Positions 51,721-64,000 of a stretch of DNA of 64,000 nucleotides are shown one piece after another. The position numbers were made by a program, and so were the translations under genes. Source of the stretch: the human T2T-CHM13v2.0 reference genome, Homo sapiens. The notes beneath the pieces are model-generated. The model did not search any database and was not told the origin of the DNA. It saw nothing but the letters and a program-made list of their open reading frames with translations. The DNA lies in assembly GCF_009914755.1 (NCBI RefSeq), contig NC_060933.1; one strand, written 5' to 3'. Every line of letters starts with the position of its first letter. Within the stretch, counting starts at the first letter, position 1.

Positions 51721-52852
51721 CTAAAAAATATTTTTTATGTTAGATTATAGGAAATACTAGGAAGCAAAATATAATATTTTTTAAACAGTTTGTAATTAGA
51801 AGATAAAATTAAACAACAGCAGATTCTATCTAATTTTAGATAGAAACTATTGGTTTATCTATGTCCAGGACATTTTATTTATGAGGATAACCAATTTTCA
51901 TTCCTTATTTAAATGTGATATCCTTGTATTTTTAATTTTTGGAACTAAATCATTTTCATTTCATTTGGCATTTATTAACAGAGTCATTAAAATATAGTGT
52001 TATATTTCAACTATATTAGAAAAATCAGCAATTTGAATATCACTAGTAATATTACTATTTTGCTGTTTCCAAAAGTTAAACCTAATAGTTGTCAATTAAA
52101 ATAAGAATTTTAAAAATATAGTGCAAGATTTTTCAAAGACAAAGTTAAAAAATAAGGATACTTATAAATGAATTTGATGTTGTATTCAAAAAAGAAAAAA
52201 TAAGGTTTTGATTTAGAGTAGTCATCATTCCCAGCATTTTGGGAATTGCTCATCTAATATTGGCTTACTGATTCTAAGATACCCCTGCCAAAAATGTGGT
52301 GTTTGTGTATATTAAATTTAATTCTAAAAAATAATTTTTTCCCATTAGCACAGTAGTAAGGAAAAAAAGTACAGAAAAAATAATTTCATAATATCCTCTG
52401 TTTCCTGTCTGACACTGTTTTCCTCCATGCCCTTCTCTCTTCTGAAATGTCAACCTTCTTTTTCTGCTTTCATTTCTTTCTTTTCTTCTTCATCTTTTAA
52501 ATTTGATTGAAGGAAAGATAGTTCATGAGTTAGCAGTTTAACGTGAACAGAGAAATACTGCCCCAAATAATCATATCCTGGAAAATAAATATCCTGTACT
52601 ATAGTGGAAATTTAGTAAACTGTAGAAATCTCACAAAATAATTATGACTTTTTTTCTTTTATAAGAATAGCAAATACAAAACGGTTAGTACACACCTGGG
52701 GAGTATATGCATTTTAAAGGATTTTCTTTAAATTACATTATATAGGGAGAATACACAGAAATATATTGTTCAATTCCAAATGTACTTTATTGCTAGTTTT
52801 GGGTGTTTTGAGAAGATATGACACTTTCATTTAAATATAAACTTTATTTTAA

Positions 52853-53353
<501 letters not shown>

Positions 53354-54540
53354 TTAAAAGCCATAATTTTATGATGGCGATAATGACAATTAATTTATTA
53401 GGGCAGGAATTCTGGGGCTCATGGCTAGATTTGGGAATTCAGGAACCTACTTAATTTGTTTGCAAAATTTTGCATGTGTGTATTTATGCATTTTCCTGCA
53501 AAGATGGTTCATAAGAAAATTACAGAACTTTTAAAAAATTGGAATAACACTTAGCATAACACTAGTAGCAGTATTTTCTTTTAATTTAAGAAAATGTTCT
53601 TAAACTTCCTAATACTTCCTTGATTTTCAAGTTCTTCAGATGCCTGAAAATAAAAAGGTGCTAATGGTCCTGATGTGCTCTAAGAGATCAAAAGCCATGC
53701 TACTAAATAAAGTAAGGTAAAGCAACAATATGTTCTAAAATAATATGAGTCCAGGGAGCCTCCTTTAATACAACAATGTCATCAAGTCAGGAAAACAGGA
53801 GGCTTATGAGTACTGAGGACATACTGATAATAGAGTAAGAGCAAATTGACCATAGTTGCCTCTCAATGTCCATTGAAAAAATGACCTGCTTTTTAGATTA
53901 TTATGTAAAACCTGAAAAGCTTTTAGAATAGTTTGATCCAGGTGGAAATAGACTTGTTTGGAATGGATTGTTCCTAGGCGGTACTCCTATTTCATCCCCA
54001 AATGCCTTATTTGGATCATGCCCTCCATGGGCCATGTTGCTGTATTTGAATATAGTATCACTCACTGGTATCATATGCCCCATGCATAGAGGAAAAAAAC
54101 TTTCTAAAGCATATTTTGCCTGTAATGGTTTACCCTGAGCTGGGAAGAGAAGAAGCTAAATAAGTGGTAAGACCTCACTAGAGACAAATTTACATTTGTC
54201 ATTCACTTTAGGTAACTTTTCTAAGAATTTTATTTCTGTTTAGTATGCAGCACAGAAACAAAATTATCTGGAATTCCAGTTCAAACAGATCATTTGTTGA
54301 TTTTCTTAGCAAGTGGTACTTTGAATTCCACTTAGTAGACATTTATTGAATGTTTTTGCTTTGTGCAAAGCACTATGCTAGCTGCTAGGTTTTACAAATA
54401 AAAAGAGCATCATTCTTACCCATCAGGGTGGAGGATATATGAATAAATATCCCCATACCATAATAAGATATGAACTGTCAGCAGGAGAATGGGAGGAGAG
54501 ATGATGCATCCTGAGAGAGTAGGATTGGGGCAGGTTTCTT

Positions 54541-55988
54541 TTCTCTCCTTTTTTTTTTTTTAATTATACTTTAAGTTCTAGAGTACATGTTCACAATGTG
54601 CAGGTTTGTTATATATGTATACATGTGCCATGTTGGAGTGCTGCCCCCATTAACTCGTCATTTACATTAGGTATATCTCCTAATGCTATCACTCCCACCT
54701 CCCGCCACCCCACGACAGGCCCCGGTGTGTGATGTTCCCCATCCTGTGTCCAAGTGTTCTCATTGTTCAATTCCCACCTATGAGTGAGAACATGCAGTGT
54801 TTGGTTTTCTGTCCTTGTGACAGTTTGCTCAGAATGATGGTTTCCAGCTTCATCCATGTCCCTGCAAAGGACATGGACTCATCCTTTTTTATGGCTGCAT
54901 AGTACTCCATGATGTATATGTGCCACATTTTCTTAATCCAGTCTATCATTGATGGACATTTGAGTTGGTTCCAAGTCTTTGCTATTGTGAATAGTGCAGC
55001 AATAAACATACGTGTGCATATGTCTTTATAGCAGCATGATTTATAATCCTTTGGGTATATACCCAGTAATGGTATGGCTGGGTCAAATGGTATTTCTAGT
55101 TCTAGATCCTAGAGGAATCGCCACACTGTCTTCCACAATGGTTGAACTAGTTTACAGTCCCACCAACGGTGTAAAAGTGTTCCTATTTCTCCACATTCTC
55201 TCCAGCATCTGTTGTTTCCTGATTTTTAATGATCGCCATTCTAACTGGTGTGAGATGGTATCTCATTGTGGTTTTGATTTGCATTTATCTGATGGCCAGT
55301 GATGATGAGCATTTTTTCTTGTGTCTGTTGGATGCATAAATGTCTTCTTTTGAGAAGTGTCTGTTCATATCTGTTGCCCACTTTTTGATGGGGTTGTTTG
55401 ATTTTTTCTTGTAAATTTGTTTAAGTTCTTTGTAGATTCTGGATATTAGCCCTTTGTCAGATGGGTAGATTGTAAAAATGTTCTCCCATTCTGTAGGTTG
55501 CATGTTCACTCTGATGGTAGGTTTCTTTTGCTGTGAAGAAGTTCTTTAGTTTAATTAGATCCCATTTGTCAATTTTGGCTTTTGTTGCCATTGCTTTTCG
55601 TGTTTTATTCGTGAAGTTGTTGCCCATGCCTATGTCCTGAATGGTATTGCCTAGGTTTTCTTCGAGGGTTTTTATGGTTTTAGGTCTAACATTTAAGTCT
55701 TTAATCCATCTTGAATTAATTTTTCTGTAAGGTGTAAGGAAGAGATCCAGTTTCAGCTTTTTACCTATGGCTAGCCAGTTTTCCCAGCACCATTTATTAA
55801 ATAAGGAATCCTTTTCCCATTTCTTGTTTTTGTCAGGTTTGTCAAAGATCAGATGGTTGTAGATGTGTGGTATTATTTCTGAGGGCTCTGTTCTGTTCCA
55901 TTGGTCTATATCTCTGTTTTGGTACCAGTACCATGCTGTTTTGGTTACTGTAGCCTTGTAGTATAGTCTGAAGTCAGGTAGCGTGATG
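54541..55988 (-). mobile_element. 5'-truncated L1PA (about L1PA4-6), ORF2 C-terminus plus 3'UTR
   Basis: ORF2 peptide [29 protein letters not shown]; poly(T) on +; TSD tggggca(g/a)gtttctt at 54526-54540 and 55989-56003. Confidence 0.95.
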
Positions 55989-57311
55989 TGGGGCAAGTTT
56001 CTTAAAGGAGGTAGCGCGTTTGAACTGGGCAGTGAAAGACAGGTAGAACTCTGACAGCTAGTGGTAAGAGAATCGGGGAATAGTATTCCTGGGGGAAGGC
56101 AGGCCAGAATGACATGTTTGTGCAAAGGCTGAGAGGTGACAGTATGGAGGCATACTCAGTAAATGGTGAGTAAAATAATGTTAAAGAAGGAATCACTAAG
56201 GGCCACATTGTGGAGGAGTTTGAATCCAGCTGAGTTTGAACTTTATGTTGACTTAAGTGGGAAGCTATGGACAGTCTTTGAGCAAGAAATTCAAATCAAC
56301 AGCAAATTTTTATCAAGAGACTACTATGTACCTGGCATTGTGCTAGGTTCCAGGAATAAAAAAAAAGAATAAATATGTTTCCTTACCTTTAAGGAGCTTA
56401 TAGTCTAGTGAGTGAAATATTCACAGCTGTATTTCGGAAATGTAATTGGTGTCTATATGTGATGAAGTGGGGAAAGAGTAGAAAAGGGATATTAGTTAGG
56501 AAGCTACTTTAAAAATCCAAGTGTGAGGTGGTGAAGGCCTGAATTTAGGCCTAGAAGAAGTAGAAGGAGAGACATACTCTAGATACACTGCAGAGTTAAA
56601 AAGAAGACTTAGCTACTAATTAAATTAGAATAGTGATACCATAAACTAAGCTTGTGGGAGGATGAGAAGCTGTGTTTTGGACATGTAGAGTTTGAGGTAC
56701 TTGTTGGATATTCACGTGGAGATTCCCAGTAGTCTGCTAGAATACAGGTGCAGACCTTAAGAAATGTCAGGAAAAATTTAAGAATTATACTCAGAAATGA
56801 AAGCAAAATCTGTGGGAATCTCTAAGTTTATAAAGAAAAGAATGTAATGTGATAATGGAACAGTGCTGAGCCCTGAACTTGGACAAATGTCTAAATTTCA
56901 GAGTGGGACACTGAAAAAGGGGGCCAAGGGAAGAGACTGATTAGAGATCACCAATATATTACCCTAGTATATGTCTTAAGAGTTCCATTTACAGCAGATA
57001 CAAGCTTAGTACATCTTTCATAAGGAACATTTTTAATCAAGGGATATTTATTTTTATTCATATCCTGCTATGTTTAGAGAACATCTGAGTAGTAATAAAG
57101 AGAAGAAACATGATTTTAAATTCATTAAATTAAAGCCTTTTGGAACAGAATAATGATAAAATGTTTATTAATTTGAAAACTATTCTTTATTTAGCTTTTA
57201 AACAGTTTTTAATTCATTTGCTTAACACTTTTTTCTCATTGGGCACTTAAGTTTGAGTATAATTTTGGTTTATAAAAAATACTTATGAAGAAACACATAG
57301 GAAAAGAATAC

Positions 57312-57405
57312 CTTTACATCCAGTTCTTCAGAGTTTAGCCCAAATGAAACCAAAGCTGCATAAATCAGTGCTAGGTGATGAAGTGTCTTTTCTGTAAGCA
57401 GATAC
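57312..57405 (-). CDS. SHOC1: SHOC1 exon (XPF-like domain region)
   Basis: ctttgtag|GTATCTG...GTAAAG|gtattc; 94 nt; [31 protein letters not shown]; phase 2/0. Confidence 0.92.
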
Positions 57406-58109
57406 CTACAAAGAATTATATTACTATATTTCTATTCATTTGATATCAGATTATATTTATTAAAAATTCATTTTGTTTTCCACATTTCATAATATTTTTA
57501 GAATAACCTAGCTAAGACAATACTAGTGTGGCAAATTTGTGGGGTTTTTTTTTCCACTCTGTACTCTTGAAAAAACATCTCCATCTCCATTATTTAATAA
57601 TACTGTCAAATCTACGGGATACATGTGTGTTAGGGGAGGTGTGAGTTGTGGGAAGAACTTAACCCATCCCTTTCCTGACTCCAGGGATGGCTTTATGACC
57701 AAATCCTAGCCAACTAGAATACTCCATCCCCCTGGTCAAAGTAACAGGTTCAGACATGGACACATGACCAGAACCAGGATACGTGGAATCCTCCCAGAAT
57801 TCCCTAAACTGTTAGAAAATGCATCTTTTTCTTTTCCTTCTGTGGTTACTAAGCAGGTCAGATGTAAGTGCTGAATGGTGGGTAGATATTTCTACTACCT
57901 TTACCCACTTTATGTACCCTAAGCAACAAAGAGGAAATTACTAGCTTATATTATGAAGAAGTCCAGAGGAAGCCATTGTTGGATTCTGGGACTCAAAACA
58001 ATACCATCAAGATAATGGCTCTCTTTATTTCTCGGCTCTTCTTTCCTGTTTTGGATTCTTTCTCAGATTAGCTGTTTCCATATAAGAAGCTGATAAGAAC
58101 ACTGTGCCT

Positions 58110-58523
58110 AAACTGTTGACAAACAATGTAGTTTCTGTTGAACATCTGCTTTTCTTCTTAGAGTCTAGAACTTTGATTAAGTGTCAGGCAGAGGGTGCCT
58201 ACTTGACCAGCCCTTAAAAAAAACCCTGGGCAATGTGTGTCTAATGAGCTCGTCTGGTAGAGAAAATTTTACAAGTGTTATAACTGTTTGTTGCTGAGGA
58301 AGTTAAGCACATCCTGTATGACTCTACTAGGAGAGGACTCTTAGAAGCTTTCTCCTAGTTTCCTCTGGACTTTGCCCCATGAGCTTTTTTCCTTTGCTGA
58401 CTTTGCATTATAGGCTTTGTATTGTAACTTTGCACCATAATAAATCATAGCCATGAATACAGCTATATACTGAGTCCTCCTAGCAAACTATCAAACCTAG
58501 TATGGTCTCAGGGACCCCTGACA
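58110..58523 (+). mobile_element. MER21-family ERVL LTR, 3' part
   Basis: aggcagagggtgccta...tgaccagccc...ggactttgccccatg...gggacccctgacac. Confidence 0.7.
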
Positions 58524-59462
58524 CTCTTACTCAAACAAGAATTAATGGCATGAACACTAACATAATTCAAACAATTTCTTTTGTATTTTCAGTTTTCCTA
58601 ATTTGGTCAGTTGATTAAGATACTTCCTAAATGTTCTAATTCTCTAAAAATATGAATCTGAGATATCTAGAGGTCTGAAATCATTATATTTTATAATATA
58701 TGATTGTGAATATTTATTCACTCTTTACATCTTGAACATAAAACTATCTCAGAATATTAGATAATTATTTTCATGAAAATCTGGGTAAAAATAAGTTTGA
58801 ATCTCCTTTTATTCTCCCTTGTACCTCAATTGCACTACTAGAACCATAGGTAGACAGTAATCTAAAACAACTTTTAAAAATTTCCAAATAAGTTATTTAT
58901 CCAGAACACTTCCAAGTTCCAGATAAAGCTTAAAATGCTTTACAAGAAAGTTCAAAGCTTAAAATGCTTTACGCCCTTTATTATTCTTCAAAATGAAGGT
59001 TTTAGACCGGAAATATTATTTTTCAGTTCTGGTAGAAGGGAAAAACCAGGCTAAATCACTTGGTAGAAGTTATTTGTTAATAGAAGGAGGAATAAAAAAC
59101 AAGGTATTTAGACTCTTACGTTCGAACTTATACCAACCTGATAACAAGTGTATACAAAAAATTTAGTACAGTAGTTAGACAGAAATCAGACAAGTCCAGA
59201 ATTACAAAATAATAAAATATTAAAGCAGCAATTCTTAGTGAGATGGGGGAAAGGGGGATGGCTTTCACAGAATGTCCAGGGAAACGTATCATCTCCAAAA
59301 TTCAAATTTGTTTTCCTGTGATCATACCTCCAGCTTGAAAATCCTTGACTTAAAGCAAACTAGATGAGCATGCAGAAAATTGCATAGCCATTTCCATTCA
59401 AATAAGAGGACTTAGGATTAAGAAATACGAACATAACTTTGGATGAAGAAATGTTTACCTAC

Positions 59463-59584
59463 TCTGAATTTAATGTTTCTTTGGTATATAAAATTATCCA
59501 ACAATATCTGTACTGTAATGATAATGCCATCAGCCTCATAATGATATTGTCTGATGCCTTCTCATAATTCAATTCTTCTAGATC
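59463..59584 (-). CDS. SHOC1: SHOC1 exon (XPF-like domain region)
   Basis: ttctgatag|GATCTAGAA...TCAGA|gtaggt; 122 nt; [40 protein letters not shown]; phase 0/2. Confidence 0.92.
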
Positions 59585-59882
59585 CTATCAGAAAATAAAG
59601 AAAATGTAAAAATTCATTAGGTTGAACAGTTATTATGAAATTATGTTATCATTATTTCAAGAATCTATGACATATAAATAAGTTGAAAAGAGGCATGGGT
59701 ATGAGCCCCCATTTCATGGAAAAATTAAAATCATGCAGGAAGTAGTAGGAGAAAAGCTATAGTAGACATAAAACACCTAATGACAGCTTCAGCAAGGAAG
59801 GCTCCTGAATCTCCCGAGGTCCTAGATATGAAGAAAGTAGCCTATGGAGTGCCCCTAGTTTGGCACGCCATAGGCTAGTCCA

Positions 59883-59978
59883 ATTTTCTATTGCCTTTGG
59901 AATAATCAGATCCTAGTCCTTTGTGGATGCAAGTCCTTTGTGGACTAGGATCTGGTCATTCTAAAGGCAACAGAAAAT
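59883..59978. repeat. 37-bp inverted repeat, 22-nt loop
   Basis: Arms 59883-59919 and 59942-59978 match at 33/37 positions. Confidence 0.95.
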
Positions 59979-60183
59979 ATGTTTAAAACCTATGAGATGA
60001 TGTGCACTGCATGGTTATTCAGAGGAGATGAGAAAGCAGCAGTTAATGGACTTTCTGGGAATCTCTACCTAATGGTATGGAATCTCCTTTTCCTTTAACA
60101 TAAGTAATTTTTGATACATTAAGGAATTCAAAAAATGACCTTCCTCTAACAATAAGTTATATAATTGGATTACAACAGTTTTG

Positions 60184-60490
<307 letters not shown>

Positions 60491-61238
60491 AGTTGTGCCA
60501 AACAGAAAAATATTGTTTAAGAACTTTAAATATACAAGACACAGTATCTCTTAAAAATCTCTAATAGAGTTGTGTTTTTCCATCATATAATTCTTATAAC
60601 ATTTGCTTATCAAAACACATATTGGCCATTAATATATAGCAATATTTATACTGCATATCATCAAACCTGGTTTCTGCTCCCACTCCCACCCCAATAAATT
60701 AATTTCTTTTCAGTTGGTTCTCCGATCAAGCAAACATATCAGGGAGATTCACCCAAGAATTTATACATAGAAAATTCCAAACTATATGAATTTTTGAAGA
60801 GAAATTCTCTTTCTAAAAACTAGCTTACTTAGAGACAACTCCTGTTTACACTGGAAATGCAATGAATGATTGGAAATTCAATATTATCAATCATCAATTA
60901 ATACACTATCTCCTTGTAATAAAAGTGGCTGGAAATTGCTTTTTTAAAGCTTTCAATACTATAATTATTCTATAAATATACTTAAAATAGGTTAATATAC
61001 AATATTAAATATTCTTTATTTGCCCTATCTTCTTAAAGTATGTTAAAAAGCTATAAGGCATCAGAGAAGTTTGATAATAGTCATTTTCCACAGTGACGAT
61101 TTTAGCACTTGTGGCCCATTTGCAAAATTTAGAAGAAATCACTAATATAGTTAAACTTCCTACAGAAAAGATAATAACAAATTACATAGCCATATATTTT
61201 AGTCTATTTTAGTTTATATATTTTCTACCTAGTTTTAC

Positions 61239-61350
61239 CTGCAAAATTATGGCAGTGTGTTCATCAATTGTCACCACTACATAACACTCTGAACTTCCAA
61301 AGAGTTTCAATGACTCACTGCAGCCTCTCTCTACTAGTGAGATGTTATAG
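61239..61350 (-). CDS. SHOC1: SHOC1 exon (XPF-like domain region)
   Basis: ttttacag|CTATAAC...TTGCAG|gtaaaa; 112 nt; [37 protein letters not shown]; phase 2/0. Confidence 0.92.
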
Positions 61351-61754
61351 CTGTAAAATACAATATTCTTGAGTGAAAAAATGAAATGCTAATAAAATTA
61401 TTTAAGAAAAGTTGTAGTTCCCTCCTGCATGTTAAGTTATTTGGATTTCTATGCTTTTTCTTTTACATGTCAATTTGTTCTACTTTATAAAATTTGAAGA
61501 ATAAAGTTATGATTTTTTCAGTATATAAAACAAATCAGCTGAGATGTGTGTTGCCTTAGGCATTGTGCTAAATGTTACTGCACGTAACACTATTACAAAT
61601 GTTTTGACCAATTTATTCCAGCTCTTTAAATAATAATTCATGAAATCAAAACATTATGGGACTAAAATATTCTGCATTTATCAGAATTTCCTTTTTTTAT
61701 TCCTTAAAAATGGCTTACATTTTAAGCACTTTTTATTTTATTACTGTATATTGT

Positions 61755-61900
61755 TATTATTTTTAGAGACAGCTCTGTTGCCCAGCCTGGAGTGCAGTGG
61801 TGCTATCATGGCTCACTGTAGCCTTGAATTCCTGGGCTCAATCGAACCTCTCATCTCAGCCTCCTAAGTGGCTGGTACTACAGGTACATACCATCATGCC
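61755..61900 (-). mobile_element. Alu right-arm fragment
   Basis: Partial Alu consensus. Confidence 0.8.
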
Positions 61901-62520
61901 CTTAACTACCTTTTATAAGCTCATAGTTTCCTATGAATGCTCCACAGCCTTAATGCATAAAAACAAAAGCATGGAACATACATCTGCATTTTAACTAAGG
62001 TAACAGTACAATTATCCTTCCTTGACATGGAGCCCAAGGTCCAACATTCCTGTGACAACTTGTGTGTTATGATAAAGTGTTTTACGATTTTATAACATCT
62101 AATGTTGGTATGACCTTAGATCTAAAGATTTAAAACCTTGAGAATTCATTTAGAACTTCACGGTCCTGTTTCCCAGGCAGTAAAGTTCTATAAACAAGAA
62201 TACTCATTCTCAATATTATCAATGACTCAAAGACATGAACATATAATTCACAGAAAAAAGCACACAAAATGTTCATATTTGCTGGTAACAAAAGAAATGC
62301 AAGTAAAACATGAATTTAAACAAAAATTAAATATTATTTTTGTCCATAAAATTGATATTACCCAAAAATATAATATTCAATAATTATGAGGGTGTAGTAT
62401 AGGGAAAGAAGTATACATTGATATAAACTCTCTGGAAAACTATTCTTTTGTGATATAATTCCAGGCTTGAATCACAGACACATGGAGACACATATACAGC
62501 ATAATATTTAGCCTATCAGA

Positions 62521-62528
<8 letters not shown>

Positions 62529-62554
<26 letters not shown>
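62529..62554 (+). repeat. (AC)13 flanked by (AT)n
   Basis: Direct reading. Confidence 0.97.
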
Positions 62555-62565
<11 letters not shown>

Positions 62566-62603
62566 ATGTACACTTTTGTTAAAATTGTGAAATCAATAAC
62601 TTA

Positions 62604-62738
<135 letters not shown>

Positions 62739-63925
62739 TTATAAATATTTCTCTTTTATTCTCATCTCCCAGCTCTTTCTCTTTTTTTTTTTACTAAACA
62801 TGAGGATAAGTAGGAGTAGTATAAAAATAATATTCAATGTAAAAAATCAGAAACAGAATAAAGACAGGCTTGAAGAAGAAAATAAAAACCATGTTATCCT
62901 ACCGAGAAATAAGTTAATAGAGTTTACTAATACCACTATACACTAAAAACAGAGTTTTGCATATATTTCCAGACTTTTTTCAGTATATTTTCTTGCTTAT
63001 ACTCACACATGTACACTCACTTCAATAAAGAGAAAAAATAGGGTCATTCTCTACCTGAAATGTTGAAACTTGCTTTATTCACTTAAGTATATATTGGGCA
63101 TGTGCTGTATTAAATATATACTGATTTACATAAAGATTTTAAATTATGTGCAATAACCCATAGGGAAAACATTTTACAGATCAATAAGAAAAGAATAAAT
63201 ACCTCAATAGATACATGGTCAAAAGATATACACAGGTAATTTATAAAAGAATAGTTACACAAGATCAATTCCAAATAAACCATTATGGTGACCGTATTGT
63301 TAGAAATGAGTTGGAATGTCTCAGAATCTATTTAGACTTCCCACTCATATTTGAGGTGAATAGAAAATAATCGATGGCAAGTACTGAGAGAGATGCACTC
63401 TCACACTGAGTGCATTTTATACTCAAAATGTATCAGATTTATGGATCTGAGAATTCACAGCCTTAGTCATGACTGACAAATACAAAGAAATAAAGTGATG
63501 TATGAAGTGGTTTAGACTTTCTTCTAAGTATTTGTAGATAATTTGTTTTACACATTAAAATTTTCTGAATCAGTTAGCATACTATTACACAACTGTCCCC
63601 TAAAAATCAATAAAAATACTATTGCATAAAAGCTATCAGATTAAGATTGGATATAAATGTAATAAAATTGTGCTATTATAAGTAAAATTTAGAAGTTAGA
63701 TAAAGGAATGAAAACATATAATTAGTAAAGCTTACTTTACAAATGAGGACTACGAGGTAAGAGACAGTTAAAGGACTACCCCAGGTCACACAGATAGTGG
63801 TGGGGTTAGAGGTTGAACTCAAGGCTTCTAATGTCACAGCTTATTTTTATCTATAAATCATAAACAAAAAATAGAAAATTTTCATTCTAATAAAGCAAAA
63901 AAAGGATTTTGGCTTATATTCTTAC

Positions 63926-64000
63926 TTTCTAAAACTGTGTCTGGAAGAATCACTTTAAAGGCCATGTAAGGAATATTCAACTCTTTGCAGTGTTTAGTCC
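63926..64000 (-). CDS. SHOC1: SHOC1 exon, truncated by window edge
   Basis: Open frame [24 protein letters not shown] then A|gtaaga donor; phase 1 completes AGA with the next exon. Confidence 0.85.

Noticed and set aside
52450-52580. Exon-like purine-rich segment on minus strand after ttttccag in a SHOC1 intron
   Set aside because: Stops in the frame required by flanking phase-0 junctions, no convincing donor, and neighbouring exons already join in frame
54609-56125. ORFs resembling a reverse-transcriptase protein C-terminus
   Set aside because: Frameshifted ORF2 remnants of the truncated L1PA, not a gene
58925-58972. 19-bp direct repeat aaagcttaaaatgctttac
   Set aside because: Two-copy intronic micro-duplication away from splice sites

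Overview
Primate (almost certainly human, chr9q31.3) genomic DNA with three protein-coding genes, all reconstructed exon by exon with GT-AG junctions and consistent phases. (1) The 3' part of DNAJC25 on + (exons 2-4; exon 1 lies upstream of the window). (2) The complete GNG10 gene on + (CpG-island promoter, two coding exons for a 68-aa G-protein gamma subunit ending in CALL, one 3'UTR exon). (3) The last nine coding exons of the meiotic crossover gene SHOC1/C9orf84 on -, convergent with GNG10. The rest is about 37 Alus, a 5'-truncated L1PA, older L1M/L2/MIR remnants, MaLR/ERVL LTRs and DNA-transposon fossils (piggyBac-type MER75, MER2B, Tigger3, MER63, MER53). Almost all long ORFs in the supplied track are Alu, L1 or CpG-island artefacts. 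I see no evidence for a wholly new gene system; this is a known locus with a known DNAJC25-GNG10 read-through. The best second-look items are small structural features: an exact 28-bp copy of the GNG10 poly(A) site 2.36 kb downstream followed by (GT)21; a tandem-duplicated SHOC1 splice acceptor that creates a poison decoy; a double hairpin in a SHOC1 intron; two Alus inserted in opposite orientations at one target site; and the all-phase-0 exon architecture that permits several DNAJC25-GNG10 CaaX fusions and stop-free circRNAs. Repeat subfamily names come from recalled consensus sequences, and repeat boundaries are approximate.
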